In this document: in pieces, positions 1-10,750 of the stretch
Position numbering within the stretch: position 1 is the first letter of the stretch
Layout of the letters: each line of letters starts with the position of its first letter
NCBI GenBank assembly: GCA_027923505.1
Contig: BROI01000003.1
Location: 930,001 to 994,000 of the forward strand
Direction of reading: 5' to 3'
Origin: Mayamaea pseudoterrestris
Taxonomy: Eukaryota
Length of the DNA: 64,000 nt
Translations under genes and position numbers: made by a program
The notes under the pieces: generated by a model
The model's input: only the letters and a program-made list of their open reading frames with translations
What the model was told of the DNA's origin: nothing
Database searches by the model: none

Positions 1-235
1 CGAAAAGATGGTGAGACAAGGGCAGCCATCAGCATCGCTCTGTGCGGCTCGAACAGCGGCGATGAAGCGAGGCGACTTTTCCACATTGTACAAGTCATTA
101 AAATGAATTAAAGTTGTGTTCATCGTATGAGTATCTTGTGCTATCGCAGGTAACTAAATGCAGTATGCTTGTCAACTTACGCAATTTGCTGTGGCTGATG
201 TCGGCAAATTATTGACCGCATCAAACGGAGCTTTC

Positions 236-649
236 TGCCTTGTGACGTAATTGACATTGGCACTCGTTGCGTATTATTGCCTTGTGACGTCATTGACACT
301 GGCACTCGTTGCGTACTATCGCCTTGTGACGTAATTGACACTGGCACTCGTTTCTTACTATTGCCTTGTTACGTAGTTTTCACTGGCACTCGTTTCATGC
401 TATTGCCTTGTGACGCTGTTTTCACTGGCACTCGTTTCATAATAATGCCTGATGACGCAGTTTTCACTGGCACTTGTTTCATACTATTGCCTGATGACGC
501 AGTTTTCACTGGCATCCGTTTCATGCTATTGCCTTGTGACGCTGTTTTCACTGGCATTCGTTTCATACTATTGCCTGATGACGTTATTGACACTGGCACT
601 CGTTTCGTACTATTGCCTGGTGACGTTTTTGACACTGGCACTCGTTTCG
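236..649. repeat. 42-bp tandem repeat, ~10 units (consensus ~TGCCTTGTGACGYWRTTKWCACTGGCACTCGTTTCRTACTAT)
   Basis: Unit starts recur every 42 bp (236, 278, 320 ... 614); translates as 14-aa repeats on both strands. Confidence 0.97.
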
Positions 650-1162
650 ACGCTTGACAATGGATGGAGGCTGCGACGCATTCACAGTCAATTTGGTTGC
701 TTTGCACAACACGAGAGCTGTGCTTCTCGACGAGTGTACATTGGATCTCATGCATTGCATACAAAACATTTAAACGCTTCCGCCATGTCGGAGATGGCGA
801 TGCAGCGCGAATCTTTGCCGAATGCATGCAGTGCGAAGTGTTGACGGCCCATTTTGTGATCAGCAAGCCAAATCTCATCGTGGCAATCCGACGAATGTAG
901 AAAGATAGCGCTGCGCCATTGACGACAAAGTATCAACTAAACTCAATTCAAAATTGCATCGAAACGGTTCACTCACAGACGCTGCGAAAGTTGCTGCAGC
1001 AGGGGCTAGTATTGTTGCTGATACCATTCTGGAGAAGCTGTCTCTTGGAGAAGGGTCTACACATTTGTCGTCATTTAGGATGCCGCAAAACGAACGGTCG
1101 AGGCTTGTAAGGATAAATAGACTCCCGTATTTCATTGTCAAGAGCTATTAAATTATCACACC

Positions 1163-3085
1163 TCAGATCATTAACTTCTTCTTGACGGATCGGTGCACAG
1201 GCGGAACGGATATCTTTGACTTCTTCTCAACAGCCGCGTCGGCACTCTTGGTCGCACTTGGTTTGCGCTTTTTGCCATTTTGCTTAGTTTTTGGCTTTGC
1301 CGTGAGTTTAAACTTTGCATCTTTGCTTGTCGTCACGTCAGCCTCGTTCGTTATATCTGGCTTGGAATCAACAGGTTCGCCAGGCCGCTTGTCGCTTAGT
1401 TTTTGAATCTTGCAAACGTAAAAACCATCCATATTGTGAACGTGTGGGTAGAAACGGCGTGTTAGTGCCAAAGATGGATGAAAACGCTTCTGCTGGTAGC
1501 GCGTAAAACCTGGTGTGCCAAAGTCAAGTCCAGACTCAACGATGCGAATGTCGCGCTTTGATAGGGCGTAATTGACAACTTCTTCATTCTCAGCAACAGC
1601 CACGCTGCAAGTAGAGTATACCATGAAACCACCTGTCGTGCCCTTGCATTTTAAAGCGTCAATTGCAACTAAAATAAGCTCCTTTTGGAGGTGAGAGCAT
1701 TGGTTGATCTCCTCCATTGTTCGCTGCACCTTCACACTTGGGTCCCGGCTAATGACTCCCAAACCGGAACAAGGTGCGTCCAACAGAATACGATCAAATC
1801 GATTCTTGAACAAGACCCCAAGCTTTCTGCCGTCATGCTTGCAAGCAACGACATTCTTCACTCCAAGCCGATGCATGTTTGCCACAGTAGCCTTCTGGCG
1901 GTCCGCCTTCAAATCATTCGCAAATATCACGCCAGTGTTCCGCATCAGCTGAGCAATGTAGGAAGTCTTGCCACCAGGTGCCGCGGCCATGTCAAGCACG
2001 CGCTCCTTTGGTTCTGGTGCAAGTGCCAGGACGGGGCACATGGAAGCTGCGCTCTGCAGCATGTACATACCACCAAGGTACTCTGGTGTAGCGCCGATTG
2101 GAACCTGACTCTCGATAATCTTCAAACCAACCTTGGACCAGGCGGCAAGAGGATCCAAAGAAACTCCTCTCTTCATCAAGGCAGCCGCCAAATCCTTGCG
2201 GCGAGTCTTGAGCGTATTTGTCCGGATGACAAGTGGGCGAGGCTTATCCGAAGCGTCCACAAACTCCAAACACTCGGCAGGACTGAACATGGTCAAAAAG
2301 TACTCGACCAGTTCCGGAAAATAGCCATAAAGTTCTGCAATAAAGACTCCAAGCAAGTCGACGTATTCCTTGCGCGCGCGTCCGGGTTCACGACGAGCAG
2401 TAAACTCGGAAAGCACTTCCAAAATTGATTCAACGTGGCCACGTAACTCTGATGGCGGAACCACCCGATCAACATTCTTTTCGAGCTCGTCTGCCGTTGG
2501 CAAATGGTATATAGCCGTGTGATCACGAATGGTCCGGCGCATGTCTTCGTCAGCTTCTTCCTGTTCGGCTTCCAATTCGCCATCAATGCGCAAGGCATCC
2601 TTTTCAATGTCAAGTAGCTCGTCATCGTCGTCATCGCCATACTCATCTCCAGATTCTTGCGCCTTGTCATCATTTGCAGCATCCGAGGATTCATCTTCGT
2701 CGTCAGAGTCCATAAGCTTTGACTTTGTCTTGTTACTGGGCTTGAGCCAGGAGGCATTCTTGTCGGAAAAGAAGGCATCTGTTCCCTTCTCCTCCTCGTC
2801 ATTGTTGCTGTCGTCATCAGATGGAGATTCATCTTCCGAATCATTACTGTCTTGTTTTGCGATCAATTTCTTGCCGGCAGACGGCTTTGATGCTAGTACA
2901 GGCTTGCGATCCTTCACTTCGGTATCCGACGACGCGTCCGATGCCTCAGCGTCGGATGTTTCCTCGTCGTGTTGGACAGGAGGTGGAGGAGGCGCGACCT
3001 TTTTCTTCGTCTGAGCACGTCCGCCACTATTACCCTTCTTCGGGGCTGGCTGCTTTCGTCCCTTGCTGCTCGATCTGGCCGTCAT
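1163..3085 (-). CDS. NOP2: NOP2/NSUN1 large-subunit rRNA cytosine-C5 methyltransferase
   Basis: Acidic/basic N-terminus; motifs IGATPEYLGG, LDMAAAPGGKT, ILLDAPCSGLG, VYSTCS, RRFYPHVHNMDGF. Confidence 0.95.
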   Translation of the reverse strand: MTARSSSKGRKQPAPKKGNSGGRAQTKKKVAPPPPPVQHDEETSDAEASDASSDTEVKDRKPVLASKPSAGKKLIAKQDSNDSEDESPSDDDSNNDEEEKGTDAFFSDKNASWLKPSNKTKSKLMDSDDEDESSDAANDDKAQESGDEYGDDDDDELLDIEKDALRIDGELEAEQEEADEDMRRTIRDHTAIYHLPTADELEKNVDRVVPPSELRGHVESILEVLSEFTARREPGRARKEYVDLLGVFIAELYGYFPELVEYFLTMFSPAECLEFVDASDKPRPLVIRTNTLKTRRKDLAAALMKRGVSLDPLAAWSKVGLKIIESQVPIGATPEYLGGMYMLQSAASMCPVLALAPEPKERVLDMAAAPGGKTSYIAQLMRNTGVIFANDLKADRQKATVANMHRLGVKNVVACKHDGRKLGVLFKNRFDRILLDAPCSGLGVISRDPSVKVQRTMEEINQCSHLQKELILVAIDALKCKGTTGGFMVYSTCSVAVAENEEVVNYALSKRDIRIVESGLDFGTPGFTRYQQKRFHPSLALTRRFYPHVHNMDGFYVCKIQKLSDKRPGEPVDSKPDITNEADVTTSKDAKFKLTAKPKTKQNGKKRKPSATKSADAAVEKKSKISVPPVHRSVKKKLMI

Positions 3086-3240
3086 GGTTGCTTTTAAAGA
3101 ATATGCGATGCAAAGGTGAAAGGATTGGTTGGCGTTGGCGCGCGGAAACCGTCAAAACCGGTGTGACATTCGCAATAACCCATCACGGCGTTTTGATGGC
3201 GAGATTGATCGACAGCGAGAACCATCAACCATCGTCCATC

Positions 3241-4515
3241 ATGTCGGATGATCGAGAAGCAAAGAAGATAAATTGCGATGATTCTAGAAGTAATGATCTG
3301 TATTCATCCAGTTGTATCAGAATCGATGGATCGCAAGGCGAAGGAGGCGGACAAATCCTTCGCAACGCTATTGCGTACGCTTGCATCCTGCAAAAGGAGC
3401 TTTACATTTACAACATTCGAGCCGGGCGATCAAGACCTGGTCTACAAGCTCAGCATGTGACAGGTTTGCAGTTAGCTGTAAATATATGCGGAGGAAGCTT
3501 GAAAGGAGCGACTCGAGACTCGACGGAAATACATTACCAAACACTGGCATCGACGGATTATCGCGCTGCCGCCGCACCTCTTTTGAGTGCCTATCGAACA
3601 CTAACTGGCGATACAGGAACTGCTGGATCCATATGCTTGCTGCTGCAGGCTGCCTTGCCATGTGCGCTTCTCGGTAACTTTAATAATCAATCCGCAGCAA
3701 CCGAGACACTTTTGATACTCAAGGGAGGCACAAATGCCGACATGGCACCCCAATACGATTATTGGGAGCTTGTGTTTCTGCCTATGCTGACGCAACACTG
3801 CGGCATTGAAAGTAACCATATACATGCCAAGGTTGAGAGGCGCGGCTACTATCCAAAAGGCGGTGGCGAAGTCCATATTCGAATCAAATCTTGCACCGCA
3901 CCTCTAAAACCAATTCAGTTGATAAACCGCGGCAAAATACAAGAAGTTTCAATCCGAGCGTTTCATGCCGGAAAGCTTGGTAAACACTTTGCAGTGCAAA
4001 TGGCCGCAGCATGCAGGTCGTATGTGCAATCTCGCGCGCCGGATCCAAACATCTCTTGGAAGGAAGACATTGTGACAGAGTCATCAGCCATTGGAAATGG
4101 CTTGGGCATTCTGGTCATTGCCAAGACGAGTGCTGGATGCTTACTCGCCGGCTCTTCACTGTGCAAACCTAAACAGTCTGCGATTGAAGCTGGTGAAGCT
4201 GCTGCCAAGGAACTCTGGGATGCATTGTGCGCCGGTGGCTGCGTCGACGATTGGCTGCAAGACCAGCTAATTATTTTCATGGCAATGGCAAAAGGCGAGT
4301 CGAAAATTCTCACTGGCTCACTGACGTTGCACACTCGGACAGCGATTATGATTGCTGAAGCAATGACAACTGCCGTCTTTCGTGTCGAGAAAGTACCAAA
4401 GGAGGATATACATGTCGAAGCCAAGGAGAAGCTTGGTCGAACAAAGAAGCTTATGGTATATGGCGCGGCGGGCAGGATACCAAGACAACATTTGATACAC
4501 TGTAGTGGTTCTTAA
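3241..4515 (+). CDS. RTCA: RNA 3'-terminal phosphate cyclase (ATG at 3241 or 3196; upstream ORF part overlaps NOP2 and is probably not coding)
   Basis: IDGSQGEGGGQILR, RPGLQAQH, GGTNA, RRGYYPKGGGEV, DQLIIFMA, catalytic His in LTLHTRTAI. Confidence 0.92.
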   Translation: MSDDREAKKINCDDSRSNDLYSSSCIRIDGSQGEGGGQILRNAIAYACILQKELYIYNIRAGRSRPGLQAQHVTGLQLAVNICGGSLKGATRDSTEIHYQTLASTDYRAAAAPLLSAYRTLTGDTGTAGSICLLLQAALPCALLGNFNNQSAATETLLILKGGTNADMAPQYDYWELVFLPMLTQHCGIESNHIHAKVERRGYYPKGGGEVHIRIKSCTAPLKPIQLINRGKIQEVSIRAFHAGKLGKHFAVQMAAACRSYVQSRAPDPNISWKEDIVTESSAIGNGLGILVIAKTSAGCLLAGSSLCKPKQSAIEAGEAAAKELWDALCAGGCVDDWLQDQLIIFMAMAKGESKILTGSLTLHTRTAIMIAEAMTTAVFRVEKVPKEDIHVEAKEKLGRTKKLMVYGAAGRIPRQHLIHCSGS

Positions 4516-4731
4516 ACACCGGAAGAAGAGCTGGAACGTCTACGCGACTTTAAAATGAGTTTATAATGTGCTCGATGAGAGCGGACGGACGATTGCACCG
4601 TTCATAAGGCATGCAGCAGTGCCCAAATATTAATTGCTTAAACTGAGATCACATGTTTTAGCCAGACATATATATCGGGACACTTCCGTAATGATCAGAC
4701 ATAAAACTTAATGCATTCTCCCATATCAGCA

Positions 4732-5500
4732 TCAAAAATTATTCAAAAATGACACAGGTACCGCTTCTGCATGAATGACTGATAGATCTGCCAATTTGGT
4801 GACAATGCATGGCGTGCCTGTTAACAAGTGGGGCGAACGGAAGTGTCAGTAATGAATAAAGACGACTCACTCGTAATTCACCCAACGTACCATAGCAAGT
4901 CGCAACCACCATTTTATTTTGGCCCGAGTCGCCGGAGGAATCAATCGTAAAACTGTAATTCACTCCAAGAACTGCATTACAGCCAACTTCCAGCGCCTGC
5001 TTCAGTAACTCTGTTTGCGCGTCCTGCATCAGTTGCTGTCAGAATTTTCGCTGGTGTGAGTGGGTAATGTGCAAGAAGCAAGAACGCCTCGCAAGATTGA
5101 TCACTCCACACTAAACGGCACGCCAAATTCTTACCTGGCCATCTTTCGCCTTTTTATAAGTTAAGTAAGCGTGCGAGACTGATCCCCAAATGATAGGTTT
5201 CGCTTGAATAACATCCATGCCCGGAATCGTTGGAAGTGTGGATGCAATAACCTTGGCGACGTCGCCCTCGTAATCGTAATTAAAGGATGGGCCAGTCACA
5301 TTTGGTGGGATTGTAACGTTAAATTTTCTTCCATCGATGGATACGGTGACAATGTCGCCACTCTTTTTTCCCTTGGCAAGAGGCACTCTCAACTTTTTGG
5401 GTTTGGCGAGCGTTGGGGCTTGATAGTCATCGCGTATTGGCGGCGCGTAGCTTCCTCTGAGTGTGCCTCCAGACATTAATGTTGATGATCCAGTTCCCAT
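4732..5500 (-). CDS. YbjQ/UPF0145-like (putative heavy-metal-binding) protein, 3 exons, N-terminal MGTGSS
   Basis: Joining ORFs via intron ~5134-5036 and a second intron ~4890-4819 gives VIASTLPTIPGMDVIQ...WGSVS...AQTELLKQALEVGCNAVLGV...VATCYGTPCIV, matching the YbjQ pattern. Confidence 0.65.
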
Positions 5501-5764
5501 GGTCAAAATGACTAGTTTTGTCCAAGCAAAGAAGTCAATCTGCAAATGAAAGAGCAAGTCTGTTCCGCGACGGAACATCGCAGATGCGATCGACCTGGTC
5601 AAGCACGAAACAGCTTTGAAGCATGTATGAAAAGACTCATTTAATTGTCACTCGCACCGTTACTCGTCGTACGTCATTCCGGGCGAGCGAAACATCATCA
5701 CCATGATCACAAAAGCCACCACAGCACGAGCGGCGCTTGTTCATTAGTTCACTAAGGCCTAATC

Positions 5765-7543
5765 ATGATGTTCTCTACTGCTGCTCTACTGACCCTGCTA
5801 GCGTCGTCTTCCGCTTTTGTCCCAGCTTCCTTGCCGCGCTCGCAAAAGAGAGCCTTGGTTTCGACGGCGGCGGCATCGGACGTCACCTTTACATCAGAGG
5901 GAGCCAAGCGTCAGGTTGGCAACGATGCCTTCTTAAACAAGGATCTCATGGCGCGCGCCCAAAATGGTCCTGGCATTAAGAATGAGGAGTCTTTGAAGAT
6001 TGGTATCATCGGATGTGGTTTGGCAGGCATGGTTGCTGCTATGGACTTGGCCGACGCCGGCCATCAAGTCGAGATGTTCGAAACTCGTCCATTCGTTGGA
6101 GGAAAAGTTAGCTCATGGAAGGACAAGGATGGAAATCATATTGAAATGGGATTGCATGTATTCTTTGGATGCTACTACAATCTCTTTGGCATCATGAAGC
6201 GAACTGGAGGGTTCGATGACAAACTACGTATCAAGGAGCACGTTCATACCTTTGTCAATACTGGAGGAAAGACTGGGGCTTTGGACTTTCGATTTCCGAT
6301 TGGTGCCCCGGTGTCTGGACTGCAAGCATTTGCACGTACCGACCAACTAGACATTCCCGATAAGGTAGATAATGCTGTTCGACTCGCCATTTCGCCAATT
6401 GTTCGCGCGCTGGTCGACTTTGACGGTGGCATGGACATGGTCCGCGAGCTTGATGACATTACATTCACGGAGTGGTTCCAGCAATTTGGAGGAAAGAGAG
6501 GAAGTCTCGATCGCATGTGGGACGCCATTGCATATGCTTTGGGCTTCCTTGATTGCGATTCCATCAGTGCTCGCTGTATGTTGACAATTTTTATGCTTTT
6601 CGCCATCCGAACCGAAGCGAGTGTACTTCGAATGCTCGACGGAAGCCCACAGACGGGTCTTCACGATCCGATTATCAAGTACTTGACGGACCGGGGTGTC
6701 AAGATAAATCTGAGCACACCCGTCAGGGATCTCGTGCACGAAGTTGATGCGAACGGTCAGCCGATTCGTATCAAAGGTATCAGATACGGTGCGAAAGAAA
6801 TATACAAAGAGTACGATGCTGTAATTGCAGCCGTGGATGTACCAGGCATTAAGAAACTTCTACCTGATAATTTCCGAAAGCTTTCCTTCTTCGACAACAT
6901 CTACAACCTTGATACCGTCCCCATTGCAACTGTCCAAGCGCGATTTGATGGATGGGTGACTGAGCTGAATGATGAAACGAGGATGATGGACATTGCTGGC
7001 GACCAAAGTGACGGCCGAGGTGCTGGCATCGACAATCTGTTGTATAGCGTCGATACAGAGTTCTCATGCTTTGCCGACTTGGCACTGACAAGCCCAGGTG
7101 ACTACTATAAAGAAGGTGAAGGGAGTTTGATACAAGGTGTCTTCGACGAGCGGGCCTTCGGTCGCTCCAATGAACAGCTCGTCAAGGATTTCATCAGCCA
7201 AATGCACGACATTTTTCCATCGAGTCGGAAGCTCAATTGCACTTGGAGCTCTGTGGTGAAGCTTGGCCAAAGTCTTTATCGCGAAAAGCCAGGACAAGAC
7301 CGATTTCGTCCGACGCAAGCAACCCCTATTCCAAACTTTTTCTTGTCTGGCTCATACACTTATCAAGATTATCTGGATTCCATGGAAGGGGCCACTCGAT
7401 CTGGACTAATGGTGGCTGATGAAATAATTGCTCGCGCTGACGGTCCAGCAGGGTTGGCCTCCATGTCAAGGCAAAGCAGCAGCTCAGAGTCGAAAGCAGC
7501 CAAGAAGGTTCCCATGTTCTTTGCCGACCCTGTAGCAGCCTAA
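5765..7543 (+). CDS. ZDS: Zeta-carotene desaturase, plastid-targeted
   Basis: Signal peptide + SSA-FVP; GCGLAG FAD motif; GGKVSSWKDKDGNHIEMGLHVFFGCY; QDYLDSMEGAT. Confidence 0.93.
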   Translation: MMFSTAALLTLLASSSAFVPASLPRSQKRALVSTAAASDVTFTSEGAKRQVGNDAFLNKDLMARAQNGPGIKNEESLKIGIIGCGLAGMVAAMDLADAGHQVEMFETRPFVGGKVSSWKDKDGNHIEMGLHVFFGCYYNLFGIMKRTGGFDDKLRIKEHVHTFVNTGGKTGALDFRFPIGAPVSGLQAFARTDQLDIPDKVDNAVRLAISPIVRALVDFDGGMDMVRELDDITFTEWFQQFGGKRGSLDRMWDAIAYALGFLDCDSISARCMLTIFMLFAIRTEASVLRMLDGSPQTGLHDPIIKYLTDRGVKINLSTPVRDLVHEVDANGQPIRIKGIRYGAKEIYKEYDAVIAAVDVPGIKKLLPDNFRKLSFFDNIYNLDTVPIATVQARFDGWVTELNDETRMMDIAGDQSDGRGAGIDNLLYSVDTEFSCFADLALTSPGDYYKEGEGSLIQGVFDERAFGRSNEQLVKDFISQMHDIFPSSRKLNCTWSSVVKLGQSLYREKPGQDRFRPTQATPIPNFFLSGSYTYQDYLDSMEGATRSGLMVADEIIARADGPAGLASMSRQSSSSESKAAKKVPMFFADPVAA

Positions 7544-7789
7544 AACTAAGAGACCATTTAATTAAGTGTATTTTGCGAAAGGTTTGTCTACCTTCGAAAA
7601 GGCATAATGAGAATTACCGGTAGATATGAACAAGTGGCAAACCTATTAGTCGGCTTAAACTAACAGTATAACAAAATATCAGTATCGCACTGGTACCCGC
7701 GGTAGATCGTCGAAGATCCGCGCGGCCATGGAGCATGGAGCCACAACTTGCACTCCTCCTTTTAATAAGAAAGAACAGCAAGGCACATA

Positions 7790-9940
7790 ATGAATGATAC
7801 CGACAATCCTTTTCTTCAGCAGGAAGGTCTTCCTAAATTTAAGTCTGTCGAGCCGCAGTTTCTCAAACCGGCAGTCGATGGCTTGCTGAGCAAGATGCAG
7901 GACGATTTGGAACGCCTGGAAAAAACCTTGACAGAAACGAGCGAGGTCAAATATGATCAAGTCTTGCCTGAAGTCGAGCGGATTCAATTTGCGTTGAATT
8001 ACGCTTGGGGGATTGCTCGTCACTTGAATGGCGTCAAGAACAGTGACGAGCTCCGAGCTGTCTACGAGGAATGCCAACCAGAAATTGTCAAGGCTATGAG
8101 CAAGTTTAGCCAAAGCAAGCCATTGTACGATGCATTGGAAAAGATTGATAAGGCATGGGAGGGAAAGCCTGTGGAAAGCTTTGAGGATAGCCAAAGGCGC
8201 CGCGCGGTAGAAAACTCATTGCGAGGGATGAAGCTTGGTGGTGTGGGTCTCGAAGGCGAGGCAAAGGAAAGGTTCAACGAAATTAAGCAGCGACTTGCTC
8301 AGCTTTCAACAACGTTTAGCAACAATGTCTTGGACGAAACCAAGATCTTTAGTTTGACAGTTGACGATCCCACTGTCATGGAAGGCGTGCCTGAATCGGC
8401 CAAGGCTATGTGGGCAGCCGCGCACGCTTCGTCGGTCAATGCGGAGGATAACGAGGCACCTGCAGTAGCTGATCCAGAGAAGGGACCTTGGCGCATTACG
8501 CTTGACATGCCGTCATACCTTGCTGTCCAATCCCATTTGAAGGATCGCTCTATCCGTGAGCAAGTGTACATGGCGTATGTCACCCGGGCTTCGGAAAAGA
8601 ATGAAGACAAGAATAATGTTCCTTTGATTTACGAGATATTGAGTCTTCGTGCCGAGATGGCTAACCTTCTTGGCTACAAGAACTTTGCCGAGAAGAGTCT
8701 CGCATCCAAAATGGCGCCATCCGTGGAGGCCGTCCGCGACCTGACCAACCTGATCGCGTCCAAGGCGCTTCCAGCGGCGGAAAAGGAGATCGACGAACTG
8801 ACTTTATTGGCGAAGGACAAAGGCGGCGAGCAGTATGTTGAACTTGATAAGCTTGAGTCGTGGGATGTCACGTTTTGGAAGGAGCGCTTGAAGGAGTCCA
8901 AGTTTGAACTCACTGAAGAACAAACTCGTCCGTATTTCGCCCTTCCGGCTGTTTTGGATGGCATGTTTGCCTTGATCAAAAGGCTTTTTAATATTGACAT
9001 AAAGGCAGCCGATGGGGAAGCGGAAATCTGGCACTCCGATGTGCGCTTCTTCAAGCTGTATGATGCGGATTCGGGCAAGCAAGTGGCCGCATGCTTTTTG
9101 GACCCTTACTCGCGCCCTGAGAACAAGCGTGGTGGAGCTTGGATGGCCGAGTGCATTGGCAAAAGTGCTGCCACTGGTCGCGATATTCCCGTTGCTTATT
9201 TGACCTGCAACGGCTCGCCACCTGTTGGAGACAAACCCTCTCTCATGACGTTTCGTGAGGTCGAAACTCTATTTCATGAGACTGGACATGGTCTGCAGCA
9301 TATGCTCACCAAGGCTACCGTTGGTGATGTCGCAGGTATCAATGGCATTGAATGGGATGCTGTTGAGTTACCGTCTCAGTTTATGGAAAATTGGTGTTAC
9401 GATCGTCCAACGGTTTATGGGTTTGCCAAGCATTGGCAAAGCGGCGAACCTATGCCGGAGGAAATGTTTGAAAAGCTAAAAGAGCAAAAGACTTTTGCGG
9501 TTGGTATGATGGAATGTCGCCAGCTGCTATTTGGTCAACTTGACATGGAGCTCCATAACAACTACGATGCTGCCAAGGGCAAGTCTGGCGAAGGCGAAAG
9601 CGTCTTTGATGTCCATCGTCGCATGGCGTCGAGATACACTCCCTATTCGATGCCTTTGCAGAAAGATCGGTTTCTCTGTGCCTTCTCCCATATATTTGCT
9701 GGAGGATACGCGGCAGGGTATTACAGTTACAAGTGGGCAGAGGTCATGTCTGCAGATGCGTTTTCTGCGTTCGAGGATGTTGGCTTGGACAACGAGGACG
9801 AAGTTCAGATGGTGGGAATGAAGTTTCGCGACACCGTTCTCAGTTTTGGAGGAGGCAAAGATCCTGGTGCTGTGTTTGAAAGCTTCCGTGGTCGCGGGCC
9901 TACGCCCGACGCCCTTCTTCGTCACAATGGCTTGTTGTAA
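7790..9940 (+). CDS. Oligopeptidase A (peptidase M3A), copy without presequence
   Basis: HETGH zinc motif, KRGGAWM, WDAVELPSQFMENW, GGYAAGYYSYKWAEV; in-frame stop at 7766-7768 upstream of ATG. Confidence 0.95.
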   Translation: MNDTDNPFLQQEGLPKFKSVEPQFLKPAVDGLLSKMQDDLERLEKTLTETSEVKYDQVLPEVERIQFALNYAWGIARHLNGVKNSDELRAVYEECQPEIVKAMSKFSQSKPLYDALEKIDKAWEGKPVESFEDSQRRRAVENSLRGMKLGGVGLEGEAKERFNEIKQRLAQLSTTFSNNVLDETKIFSLTVDDPTVMEGVPESAKAMWAAAHASSVNAEDNEAPAVADPEKGPWRITLDMPSYLAVQSHLKDRSIREQVYMAYVTRASEKNEDKNNVPLIYEILSLRAEMANLLGYKNFAEKSLASKMAPSVEAVRDLTNLIASKALPAAEKEIDELTLLAKDKGGEQYVELDKLESWDVTFWKERLKESKFELTEEQTRPYFALPAVLDGMFALIKRLFNIDIKAADGEAEIWHSDVRFFKLYDADSGKQVAACFLDPYSRPENKRGGAWMAECIGKSAATGRDIPVAYLTCNGSPPVGDKPSLMTFREVETLFHETGHGLQHMLTKATVGDVAGINGIEWDAVELPSQFMENWCYDRPTVYGFAKHWQSGEPMPEEMFEKLKEQKTFAVGMMECRQLLFGQLDMELHNNYDAAKGKSGEGESVFDVHRRMASRYTPYSMPLQKDRFLCAFSHIFAGGYAAGYYSYKWAEVMSADAFSAFEDVGLDNEDEVQMVGMKFRDTVLSFGGGKDPGAVFESFRGRGPTPDALLRHNGLL

Positions 9941-10237
9941 ATGTCTTTGGAGTGAGCAAAATGGACGTGTGAAGGATTGCTTAAAACTTATTGTTTGCAA
10001 AGTTGGAATATGATTCGAACAAGCAGGGTGCATCATCGCTTTAACTTAAGCTAAATAAAAAAGGATGCCATTATAAGCTACCGGGAGCTTAAGTACGACG
10101 TAGTAACGCGTATCATACTACGGTACGTCGTAGCTCACATCGTCGCGCGTGAGAACCGCAACGACGCTTCCTTCGATCGATTTGGCGCGCCGATTCGAAA
10201 CGAGCATCACAAATAATCACTCACCCGATCGTTCACC

Positions 10238-10750
10238 ATGACAACTCGTCCGATTGCCATCCGTTTACACCGGGTCCTGGCTTTAACGAGGCCTACGACA
10301 ATGCCGCTGCGTGCGATGAAGCTGACTTATTCAAACATTTCCAGTAGACCGTTTAGCGACTTTGGAGACAGCAAGCCAGATGCTGCCACGGATCTTGCCA
10401 CTTCCACCAAGAATAAACCTATCAAGGACGAGCCTGAGGTAGATCGCAGCCAATTTACAGTCCGAATTGAAGTGAAGATGCCTGACATGGGCAATGGCGA
10501 TGGCAAAGTTCTAAAATGGTACAAAGAGGAGGGCGACTTGGTGAAGAAAGATGATGTTCTATGCGACATTGAAACTCCAGATTTTACGTTTGGTATGCAA
10601 ACTGACGATGACTGTTTAGCTATTATGGATGAGATTTTGATCCAAGCTCCATCTGATAAAATTAAGGAAGATGAAGTGATTTGTACTTTGCTGCATGAAA
10701 AACCAAAGAAGAAGAAAACGAAAGAAGGTGCGATTGCATCGTCGGATTGA
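10238..10750 (+). CDS. Stand-alone biotin/lipoyl-attachment-fold protein, probably mitochondrial
   Basis: Arg-rich presequence; VKMPDMG..GKVLKWYKEEGDLVKKDDVLCDIET resembles an E2 lipoyl domain. Confidence 0.75.
   Translation: MTTRPIAIRLHRVLALTRPTTMPLRAMKLTYSNISSRPFSDFGDSKPDAATDLATSTKNKPIKDEPEVDRSQFTVRIEVKMPDMGNGDGKVLKWYKEEGDLVKKDDVLCDIETPDFTFGMQTDDDCLAIMDEILIQAPSDKIKEDEVICTLLHEKPKKKKTKEGAIASSD

Noticed and set aside
1..111. 3' end of an upstream gene
   Set aside because: Two plus frames are open to ~105-111, but they are too short to assign
875..1141. Small minus ORFs upstream of the 42-bp array
   Set aside because: No motif and no clear splice path; cannot be supported as a gene
2821..3195. 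N-terminal extension of the RTCA ORF
   Set aside because: Overlaps NOP2 antisense; cyclase similarity begins after ~3241
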